In this document: positions 1 to 9,632 of the stretch, one piece after another
Layout of the letters: the number at the start of each line of letters is the position of its first letter
Numbering within the stretch: position 1 is the first letter of the stretch
Assembly (NCBI GenBank): GCA_050014195.1
Contig: JBEKDT010000001.1
Location: 410,024-474,023, forward strand
Length of the DNA stretch: 64,000 nucleotides
Direction of reading: 5' to 3'
Source of the DNA: Desulfomonilia bacterium
GTDB lineage: Bacteria; Desulfobacterota; Desulfomonilia; UBA1062
Notes under the pieces: model-generated
Told to the model about the DNA's origin: nothing
The model's input: the letters and a program-made list of their open reading frames with translations, nothing else
The model's database searches: none
Made by a program: the position numbers and the translations under genes

Positions 1-1950
<1,950 letters not shown>

Positions 1951-2046
1951 ACATCATATATTTCAAGTGCATCTTTGAGAGAAGTTGATCATTGAGGATA
2001 TTTATGTGATAAGTGGACTAGTCAGCGCGTCCTTTACGGAGATAAT

Positions 2047-2676
2047 ATGACACTTTGGGAGTTTTTTATAAAAGGCGGCCCCTTGATGTGGCCTCTGTTT
2101 GCATGCTCCATCATCGCTTTTACCATTATTATAGAACGGCTGTTCGCCCTACGACACGACCAGATCATCCCCAAGGAACTTGTCGAAGAGGTGGAGAGGC
2201 TCATCCGTTTGGGGAGGCTTGGTGATATTGAGCAGCTCCTGAAGAAGAGCTCCTCCCCCATGTGCCCCATCATCATGACCGCCGTCAAGAATGCCGGCCT
2301 CCGCCGCGAGGTCATCAAGGAATACATGGAGGAAGCAGGTGCGACGGAAGGATATACCATGGAGCGGTATATCGACATCTTGGGCATCATTGCAGCGATC
2401 GCTCCTCTGCTCGGATTTTTGGGTACCGTCGCGGGCATGTTCACCTCGTTTAAGGCAATGAGCACAACCCTTGAGCACTCCAGCCGGCTCTTCGCCTCAG
2501 GCATCTCAGAGTCCCTCATTACAACGGTTATGGGTCTAGCAATCGCAATACCGGTATACATATTTTATCGGCTTCTCATTGCACGCAGCGACTACCTCCT
2601 CATGGAGATGGAAATGACCTCTGCAAGAATCCTCGAATGCCTGAAGGGTGAAACATATGAGGTTCAGACGGAATAA
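2047..2676 (+). CDS. MotA/TolQ/ExbB proton-channel family protein
   Basis: 209 aa with three transmembrane segments and a TolQ/ExbB-like C-terminal region (GLLGTVAGM..F). It is followed by an ExbD/TolR-like gene. Confidence 0.8.
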   Translation: MTLWEFFIKGGPLMWPLFACSIIAFTIIIERLFALRHDQIIPKELVEEVERLIRLGRLGDIEQLLKKSSSPMCPIIMTAVKNAGLRREVIKEYMEEAGATEGYTMERYIDILGIIAAIAPLLGFLGTVAGMFTSFKAMSTTLEHSSRLFASGISESLITTVMGLAIAIPVYIFYRLLIARSDYLLMEMEMTSARILECLKGETYEVQTE

Positions 2677-3034
2677 ACACAAAAGAAGAATTGCATTTAT
2701 CGACACCACACCTGTCGTGAATGTTGTATTTCTGCTCCTGATTTTTTTCCTGCTCTCGATAGGCGTACCGTACGGACTGAAATCGGGGTCTATGGCAGGG
2801 GCTAGCGGAACTCCCGCTACCGGTCCAATGACCATCATTGTCATGCCTGATAAAGTTCTTATTGATGGCAAACCAGTGAGCGAACAGGTCCTGCCGGGGC
2901 TTCCACATAACAGGGATATCCTTATACTTGCATCTCGGAATATCCCCTATTTCAAAGTAAGTAGTGTCCTGGATGTCCTGAGAACATCCGGACACACACG
3001 GCTTTCACTCTCAACAAGACCCGTAAAGGACTAA
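2657..3034 (+). CDS. ExbD/TolR biopolymer transport protein
   Basis: Basic N-terminus, a single transmembrane segment (VVNVVFLLLIFFLL) and a periplasmic domain. It overlaps the upstream gene by about 20 nt. The ATG at 2657 is preferred over the GTG at 2648. Confidence 0.75.
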   Translation: MRFRRNKHKRRIAFIDTTPVVNVVFLLLIFFLLSIGVPYGLKSGSMAGASGTPATGPMTIIVMPDKVLIDGKPVSEQVLPGLPHNRDILILASRNIPYFKVSSVLDVLRTSGHTRLSLSTRPVKD

Positions 3035-3105
3035 GGGCTCGCTTTTTTTCTATCTTGTATCAAAAGGTTTGACTTAGTAGTATTATCTCATTAATATTAT
3101 TGAAA

Positions 3106-3468
3106 ATGAAGCGAATCCTCATCATAGAAGACGACAAGAATATCCAGGAGCTACTCCGCCAAGAGCTCAACGATGAAGGTTATGCCATCACTATTGCCTC
3201 AAACGGGAAAGAGGCCTTGTCTGTCTTGAAAGGCAAAGATAATGAGAAGCCGGATCTTATTATCCTTGACCTGAGAATGCCGGCCATGGATGGTTTTGAG
3301 ACCATGGGGCACATCCTGAAGCTTAAAGATGAGACCCCGGTGATCATCCACACGGCATACCCCAGCTACAAGGATGATGCACTGGCCATTGCGGCTGACG
3401 CGTTTGTCGTGAAGTCACATGATTTAACCAAGTTAAAGAATGCAATCTTTGAATTGATTGGGAAATAA
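3106..3468 (+). CDS. Single-domain response regulator (CheY-like receiver)
   Basis: MKRILIIEDD..DLIILDLRMPAMDG..K: receiver domain with the phospho-acceptor Asp and the conserved Lys. The ATG at 3106 is used (the ORF track starts at a TTG at 3100). The stop overlaps the glgC start (TAATG). Confidence 0.8.
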   Translation: MKRILIIEDDKNIQELLRQELNDEGYAITIASNGKEALSVLKGKDNEKPDLIILDLRMPAMDGFETMGHILKLKDETPVIIHTAYPSYKDDALAIAADAFVVKSHDLTKLKNAIFELIGK

Positions 3469-4703
3469 TGCCTTTTGTAAACCCCCACGACATTGAAGTG
3501 GTTATACTCGCGGGCGGAAAGGGCGAACGGCTCTATCCTCTGACCAAAGACCGCGCCAAGCCCGCGGTGCCTTTCGCCGGGATGTACCGCATCATTGACT
3601 TTACCCTGTCCAACTGTGTGAATTCCGACCTCAAGAAAATTTATGTACTCTCACAATACAAGTCCCACTCTTTAAACCGCCATATCCAGCAGGGATGGCT
3701 CTCGTTCTTCTCATATCCCATGGGTGAGTTTATCTATGACATCCCGGCACAGCAGCGGATCGGGAACAGTTGGTACGAGGGCACGGCCGATGCGGTTTTC
3801 CAGAACATCTATTCCCTCCAGCATGACATGCCCGGTTATACCCTGATTCTCTCAGGTGACCACATCTACCAGATGAACTATATGGAGATGATACAGTCCC
3901 ACGTGCGGAGAAAGGCGGATGTGACCATAGGGGTTGTCCCGATGCCCGTTGAAACTGCCTCTCAGTTCGGTGTGATCAAAGCGGATAAGGGCATGAACGT
4001 AGTGGGTTTCCAGGAAAAACCCAAGAAGGAACCCTTCACCATGCAGGGCGATGCAAGCAAGGTCATGGTCTCCATGGGGATCTATGTGTTCGACACCAAG
4101 ACACTCATCCGCAAGCTCGTGGAGGATGCAAAGCTGAAGTCGAGCTCACATGATTTCGGCAAGGACATTATCCCGCGCATGGTTAAGCACAACAAGATCA
4201 TGGTATATCCATTTAAGGGCATCATGGGAAATGGCTACTGGCGCGACATCGGCACGCTCGATGCCTACTACGAGGCCAACATGGACCTGGTATCCGTCAC
4301 ACCCCAATGTAACCTTTATCATCCCAACTGGCCGGTGCATACGGTCTATAGTCCCTTCCCGCCGGCAAAGATGGTCTTCTCCGGAGGTAAGGACGGCAAG
4401 CGCATCGGCATGGTGCTGGACTCCATTATCTGTGACGGTGCCATTGTCTCGGGCGGGAAGGTCGAACGTTCCATCATCTCGCCCAATGTCAGGGTCCACA
4501 GTTATTCCGAGATTGAGGATTCCATGCTCATGGAAGGTGTTGAGATCGGGAGGAATTGCAAGATCAGGCGTACCATTATAGACAAATACGTCAAGATACC
4601 GCCCCGAACAATAATCGGTTATGATCCGGAGGACGACAAGAAAAGGTTCGATGTCTCTCCCGGCGGGATTGTTGTTGTTTCCAAGAACACCATGTTCGAT
4701 TGA
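3468..4703 (+). CDS. glgC: Glucose-1-phosphate adenylyltransferase
   Basis: ILAGGKGERLYPLTKDRAKPAVPFAG N-terminal signature and a left-handed beta-helix C-terminal region; 411 aa. Confidence 0.9.
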   Translation: MPFVNPHDIEVVILAGGKGERLYPLTKDRAKPAVPFAGMYRIIDFTLSNCVNSDLKKIYVLSQYKSHSLNRHIQQGWLSFFSYPMGEFIYDIPAQQRIGNSWYEGTADAVFQNIYSLQHDMPGYTLILSGDHIYQMNYMEMIQSHVRRKADVTIGVVPMPVETASQFGVIKADKGMNVVGFQEKPKKEPFTMQGDASKVMVSMGIYVFDTKTLIRKLVEDAKLKSSSHDFGKDIIPRMVKHNKIMVYPFKGIMGNGYWRDIGTLDAYYEANMDLVSVTPQCNLYHPNWPVHTVYSPFPPAKMVFSGGKDGKRIGMVLDSIICDGAIVSGGKVERSIISPNVRVHSYSEIEDSMLMEGVEIGRNCKIRRTIIDKYVKIPPRTIIGYDPEDDKKRFDVSPGGIVVVSKNTMFD

Positions 4704-4711
4704 TCAGGCTC

Positions 4712-5998
4712 ATGAAACGTATCGCCCTGGTGAGCCTCGGCTGCCCCAAGAATCTTGTGGACTCGGAATATATATGTGAGAGGTTCATAAAGGCAGATTA
4801 TACCCTTGTCCAAAACCTTGAAGACGCCGATCTGGTCGTCGTGAACACCTGTTCTTTCCTCACTTCTGCAGTGGAGGAATCCGTCAATACCCTGCTGGAC
4901 CTTGTCAAAAGCGGCAAGGAGGTGCTTTGCACCGGCTGCCTGGTAAGCAGGTACGGCCATGAGATTGCCAAGGAACTCCCTGAGATCCGCCTGTTTGCAG
5001 GGCCCGGTAGTTATGAAGGGATCGTGGATGCGTATGAGTCCGGCAGGAAATACCTCGAACCGTCCTTTGACTCCGTTGTGAAGAGATCATTCTTCTCCGG
5101 TACGGCAAGTGCTTATGTAAAGGTGAGCGAGGGGTGCGACAACCGCTGCAACTACTGTCTTATCCCATCGATCAGGGGGAGGCTTGTAAGCAAGTCAGTG
5201 GAAGAGGTGGTTGCCGAATGCCTGGACCTTGCCGGCAGTGGGGCAAAGGAGATCATCCTGGTGGCCCAGGACCTGGGCGGCTATGGAAAGGACCTGGCCT
5301 TGAAGGACGGCCTTAATAGACTTGTCGAGAAGATATCCGCCATCGATGCCGTCGAGTGGATCCGCCTCATGTACATCCATCCGGCATCGCTCACCAAGGC
5401 TCTGATGAGACAGTTCGACAGCAACCCCAAGGTGTGCCCGTATATCGACCTGCCCATCCAGCATGTCTCCGATACGGTTCTTAAGGCCATGGGAAGGCGG
5501 GGCGGCTCAAAGGCTGTTCGCAGGGCCTTTGATCTCATTCAAAAGACCCATAAGGATATCTGGGTAAGAACAAGCCTCATGGTGGGCCATCCGGGCGAAG
5601 ACGATGAGGCCTTCAGCGAGCTGGAACACTTTGTTGCACAAGGGAACATTGACCATCTCGGTGTCTTTGCCTATTCACCGGAGCCTGGCACGAAAAGCTC
5701 CTGCCGGCATAACAGGGCTGAAGGCAGTGTCGCCCTGAAGAGGAAGCGCAGGCTCATGGCCCTCCAACAGCGCCTCTCGAAAAAAAGACTTCACAAGCTC
5801 AGAGGGAACAGGATAAAAGTACTCATCGAGGGATACCACCCTGAAACCAAGCTCCTCCTGAGAGGCAGGGCACCATTCCAGGCCCCGGAGGTGGACGGCA
5901 TGGTGATCATCAACGAGGGTGGGGCTGATGCCGGGACCATCGTGGAGGTTGAGATTACCGGTTCTTGGGAATATGATCTGATCGGAAGGGTCGTATGA
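4712..5998 (+). CDS. rimO: Ribosomal protein S12 methylthiotransferase RimO
   Basis: The N-terminal MTTase domain begins IALVSLGCPKNLVDSE. The radical-SAM CDNRCNYC motif is present, and the C-terminal region looks TRAM-like. The ATG at 4712 is used (the TTG at 4700 overlaps the glgC stop). Confidence 0.9.
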   Translation: MKRIALVSLGCPKNLVDSEYICERFIKADYTLVQNLEDADLVVVNTCSFLTSAVEESVNTLLDLVKSGKEVLCTGCLVSRYGHEIAKELPEIRLFAGPGSYEGIVDAYESGRKYLEPSFDSVVKRSFFSGTASAYVKVSEGCDNRCNYCLIPSIRGRLVSKSVEEVVAECLDLAGSGAKEIILVAQDLGGYGKDLALKDGLNRLVEKISAIDAVEWIRLMYIHPASLTKALMRQFDSNPKVCPYIDLPIQHVSDTVLKAMGRRGGSKAVRRAFDLIQKTHKDIWVRTSLMVGHPGEDDEAFSELEHFVAQGNIDHLGVFAYSPEPGTKSSCRHNRAEGSVALKRKRRLMALQQRLSKKRLHKLRGNRIKVLIEGYHPETKLLLRGRAPFQAPEVDGMVIINEGGADAGTIVEVEITGSWEYDLIGRVV

Positions 5999-6975
5999 AT
6001 GCATCCCGAATCATAGAGCTTGGAAAAGAAGCCGTGCGTATTGAGATCGAAGGTCTCGAGGAGCTTGCTTCTCAGATAGGAGAGGGATTTGCACTGGCAG
6101 TGAAGATCATCGCTGACCTCAAGGGCAAGGTAGTGCTCACAGGGGTCGGGAAGTCGGGCATCATAGCCAAGAAGATCGCCTCCACCATGATGAGCATCGG
6201 TACACCCGCCATCTTCATGCATCCCGTGGACGGGCTGCACGGCGATCTCGGCTCCATCGTAGCCGAAGATGCCGCCATCATTATCACCAACAGCGGCATG
6301 ACGACAGAGGTCATCAATCTCATCCCTTCATTAAAAAAACTCTGTATCCCTATCATCACCATCACCTCGGATACGGACTCTACGGTAGCAAGGGCATCCG
6401 ACGTGGTATTGAAATGCAGCGTGAGCCGCGAGGCCTGCAACCTTGGGCTCGCACCCACCGCCTCAACCACTGCCCAACTCGCACTGGGTGATGCCATTGC
6501 CGTAGTAGTCTCCCGGATCAAGGGCTTTGATAAGGATTCCTTTCATATCCTCCACCCTGCAGGCGAGCTTGGGAAACAACTCATGGTGGGCATCTCCCAG
6601 ATGATGATCACCGATGAACGTATCCCTGTGGTTAGCCTCGATATGCCTCTGCCTGATGTCGTAATAGAGATGACACAGAAAAAACTGGGTTTCACCCTTG
6701 TAAAAAAGGGGGCTTCCGTGGAGGGAATGATTACGGACGGTGACCTGAGGAGGGTGCTCCTTAAGTATGGGGATCAGCTTGCAGGGCTTAGGGCCAAAGA
6801 TATCATGTCACCGAAACCCAAGTGCATCAACGGCAACAAGCTGGCCATCGATGCGTTGGATATCATGGAGAAATTCCAGATCACTTCTCTCGTAGTAACC
6901 GACGAGTCCGACACAATGACCGGCGTCATTCATCTGCATGATCTCCTGGGAAGAGGTAAGCTGGGACTGCGCTGA
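5995..6975 (+). CDS. kdsD: Arabinose-5-phosphate isomerase (KdsD/KpsF/GutQ family; SIS + tandem CBS)
   Basis: SIS-domain motif VLTGVGKSG followed by two CBS domains. The start overlaps the rimO stop (ATGA). Confidence 0.85.
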   Translation: MNASRIIELGKEAVRIEIEGLEELASQIGEGFALAVKIIADLKGKVVLTGVGKSGIIAKKIASTMMSIGTPAIFMHPVDGLHGDLGSIVAEDAAIIITNSGMTTEVINLIPSLKKLCIPIITITSDTDSTVARASDVVLKCSVSREACNLGLAPTASTTAQLALGDAIAVVVSRIKGFDKDSFHILHPAGELGKQLMVGISQMMITDERIPVVSLDMPLPDVVIEMTQKKLGFTLVKKGASVEGMITDGDLRRVLLKYGDQLAGLRAKDIMSPKPKCINGNKLAIDALDIMEKFQITSLVVTDESDTMTGVIHLHDLLGRGKLGLR

Positions 6976-7124
6976 TGTTCATTCATACTCTTAAGAAGAA
7001 TTGCTGTAAACACACACCCTGCCTGATCCCTCTCATAACAGTTTGCAAACATAAGATAACCCTCTTTCCTTTTTGAGTCGGCTTCACTACGTAAAGTGCA
7101 ACTTTACACAGGGAGGATTTTTCT

Positions 7125-7598
7125 ATGGAAAAATCATGGCAGGATGTACTGGACAGATTCCATTACGGCATATACCTCATTTCTATAGCGGCAGACGGTC
7201 TTTATAACGGGATGATTGCCTCATGGGTGTCGCAATGCTCACACGACCCGCCGCTCATTACACTCGCCATCAGAAAGAACAGGCTTTCGCAGGGCCAGAT
7301 TATGCAAACGGGCAAATTCACCCTCAATGTCCTGCCCAAGGATGCCCTGCCTATCCTTAGCAAATTCAAAGTCCCGGACTGGAAACAAAAATTCGACGGC
7401 ATTGATTACGAACTCTCACCCGGCGGCAATCCCGTCCTCAAAGGTGCCCTGGGGTACCTTGACTGTAACGTTGAGCGGGCCGTCGATACGGGAGACCATA
7501 CCCTGTTCATAGGCCGTATAACAGGGGGTGCATTGAAGAATGAGGCAGATACGCTTTCTACGATCCAGTATCCTGGCAGGTACAGGGGCGATAAGTAG
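7125..7598 (+). CDS. Flavin reductase-like (FMN-binding split-barrel) protein
   Basis: 157 aa with an FMN-binding split-barrel signature (YGIYLISIA...GMIASWVSQCSHDPPLITLAI). Confidence 0.7.
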   Translation: MEKSWQDVLDRFHYGIYLISIAADGLYNGMIASWVSQCSHDPPLITLAIRKNRLSQGQIMQTGKFTLNVLPKDALPILSKFKVPDWKQKFDGIDYELSPGGNPVLKGALGYLDCNVERAVDTGDHTLFIGRITGGALKNEADTLSTIQYPGRYRGDK

Positions 7599-8080
7599 CA
7601 ACTGGGCAGGAATCAATAGGAACAGTGTCAAGCGACTGAATTTGTATTCCCCCGTAATGGGAAGATGACGGTGTACCATTTTCCATGCGAGCTGCAGAAT
7701 AAAATCCATTAAATCTTTTCCAAATCAATACGTTTAGATCTTGTTATGAAATCTCTGATAATCAAGTAGCGATAAGAATGTACATTATCATCAATTTCCC
7801 AGGTCTTGTGGAACTGATCAGTTATCGCAGTAATGTTCACTTTGGAAAAAGTGATGCTAATGAGTTATAATCAACAGTAGGCCTATTCAAACTTAGCTTA
7901 GGAATAGTCACATGATCATCGGTTTCTCAGTACTTGATAATAGTATTGCGAGGATTTTAGTATACTGCATTTTGCTTTGAACTTTTATAGTGCTAAGCTG
8001 TAAAAGAGAAGTATATTTATTGTTAGACATTAATGTTTAATGGATTATGCTTATTAGAATAAACTTAGTAGGTGAAAATA

Positions 8081-9001
8081 ATGAATGAAAAACAATTCGA
8101 GAGCATTCTGGAGAGGTATCCTGAGTTAATCGAGCATGGCCTACTACTCAAAGGACGGCAGGTCTCAATAAAAGGGAAGTATATTGATTTGCTTTATATA
8201 GATAAGCATGGTCAGAAGTTAATTATAGAACTGAAAATAGGTACAATTGTTCGCAACCATATTGGTCAACTCATAGATTATGAAGGTGAACTTCTTAGTC
8301 CAGATGATCCCACAATTAGAATAATGATCGTGGGTAACCGTGTTCCTCCCAATCTTCGAAGATCTTTGGAACATCATGGAATAGAATGGAAAGAAATCTC
8401 TTACCAATATTTGATCAGCTTTCTCAAGGAACAGAATGATTATGAGTTCCTTCAGTTTTTTAATAATGAAAATTTAGAATTTAATGAGGATGCTCCTTTG
8501 ATGAGGAAACAAAGGCATGTTTCAGAGTCAACACAATCAATCAATGTTTATAATAAACCTGAAGGACTACAGGTAAGAAACGGAGCGTGTCTTATGAAGG
8601 GATTAAACGAGTCTAAGTATTCCCTCCAAGAAGTTTACGAGAAACAAAATCCTAGTCCCTCTGTTCAAAGGCTTCTGGAGGAATTCCACCATCAGCTTGT
8701 TCAGCGACTGGATGAGAATAACCTGCATTGGATGGCCAGGACACACATCGCAGGAATCTCTTACCTCTGCAATGATCGTAAGGCCTTTTTATTTCTCGAT
8801 GTAAGACAGCAATTTATAACAACTCACTTCTTTACAGGAAAGAGTAGTATCGCTGGTATAGGTAAAAGGAATTGGTTACATCTCGAAGATAACCTTGGTA
8901 GCCAACCCCATAGAATTGTCGATAAAACGTCTCTAGATCGTGCGCTATCATTTGCTGTAGAGGCATATCACATAGCTAGCGAGTGGACAGGCTTAAAGTA
9001 G
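8081..9001 (+). CDS. NucS/DUF91-like PD-(D/E)XK nuclease-domain protein with an unassigned roughly 180-aa C-terminal domain
   Basis: N-terminal GKYIDLLYIDKHGQKLIIELKIGTIVRNHIGQLIDY matches the RecB-like D...E-L-K...Q motif arrangement of the NucS/DUF91 nuclease fold. An AGGTGA Shine-Dalgarno sequence lies 7 nt before the ATG at 8081 (the ORF track begins at a GTG at 8072). The gene and its flanks are AT-rich relative to the neighbourhood. Confidence 0.5.
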   Translation: MNEKQFESILERYPELIEHGLLLKGRQVSIKGKYIDLLYIDKHGQKLIIELKIGTIVRNHIGQLIDYEGELLSPDDPTIRIMIVGNRVPPNLRRSLEHHGIEWKEISYQYLISFLKEQNDYEFLQFFNNENLEFNEDAPLMRKQRHVSESTQSINVYNKPEGLQVRNGACLMKGLNESKYSLQEVYEKQNPSPSVQRLLEEFHHQLVQRLDENNLHWMARTHIAGISYLCNDRKAFLFLDVRQQFITTHFFTGKSSIAGIGKRNWLHLEDNLGSQPHRIVDKTSLDRALSFAVEAYHIASEWTGLK

Positions 9002-9273
9002 AAACTGATAACGATTGCCTTTTGTTATCTAATAAGAAATTCGGTGTTCCTCAATCCTTGATGTCATACCGCTGATTACGCAAAAGAAGCATCGGTTTTA
9101 TAAACATGGAAATATTGTATAGATCGTGCCATCTCTTATGGTTAATTCAGAGTGATGATTCCCTTGAAAATCAACATTCCCCACCAGCCTTTAAACCAAA
9201 GGTTTTGAGATGAAATCTCTATCCTTCCATTAAACAGATAAAACGGTCTACATGGTGTCGGAGACGATTAATA

Positions 9274-9473
9274 ATAATGTGAGCAGAGGTCTTTTTTCAT
9301 CCCCTCTGAACCCGGTGAGCGAGCGCTGGAAAATCTGGGGGGAAAGCGTCGTCTGTTTGAGCGGAGTGAAACGGAGCGAGTTTCGACGCGGCCCGGATTT
9401 TTCAAGCGAGCGAGCGCACCCTTCAGGGCGGGTTCATGGGGTGCCTTTTCTTTCGTCCTTTCTTTTGGCACCA
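9274..9473. other. GC-rich structured non-coding element, a candidate sRNA or protein-binding array
   Basis: Hairpin CAGAGG(9274-9279)/CCTCTG(9293-9298). Four direct GAGCGAG-type repeats lie at 9307-9316, 9350-9357, 9363-9370 and 9396-9407. A perfect 11-bp inverted repeat TCCTTTCTTTT(9446-9456)-GGCACC-AAAAGAAAGGA(9463-9473) is present, with an alternative GGTGCC(9430-9435)/GGCACC pairing. The overlapping small ORFs on the two strands (9252-9494 +, 9268-9531 -) have no ribosome-binding site and have complementary low-complexity translations. Confidence 0.3.
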
Positions 9474-9571
9474 AAAGAAAGGACAAGAAAATAAAAATGG
9501 TACAGTCTATAAACATAGGTAAAACAACCATAAATCTTCATTCTGTGAAATCTGCTCCATCCATCAAATCA

Positions 9572-9612
9572 GATAATAAAAAAGGGAGGGAACTTAAGAT
9601 TCCCTCCCTTGG
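9572..9612 (-). terminator. Rho-independent terminator downstream of the acyl-CoA dehydrogenase gene
   Basis: On the minus strand the stem AGGGAGGGAA/TTCCCTCCCT with loop CTTAAG is followed by TTTTTTATTATC. It lies about 20 nt after the stop at 9633. Confidence 0.6.
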
Positions 9613-9632
9613 TGTTTCGAATAGGAGACGGT

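Noticed and set aside
3069-3100. Sigma-70 promoter TTGACT-N17-TAATAT upstream of the receiver gene
   Set aside because: The -10 would lie only about 6 nt from the start codon, and the alternative TATTAT hexamer has a 6-nt spacer. The geometry does not work for the ATG at 3106, so it was not reported as a feature.
9300-9450. RNase P RNA-like short motifs (CUGGGGGGAAAGCG, GAGCGCACC, GGGUUCAUGGGGUGCC) in roughly the right order
   Set aside because: The whole span is about 150 nt versus more than 330 nt for bacterial RNase P RNA. The P4 GGAAAGUCCGGGCUCC strand and other universal helices are absent, so this is most likely chance matches in a GC-rich repeat block.
9252-9531. Two mutually overlapping small ORFs (80 aa +, 87 aa -)
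   Set aside because: They have no ribosome-binding site and Ser/Arg/Pro-rich translations produced by the GAGCGAG repeats. The region is better explained as a structured non-coding element.
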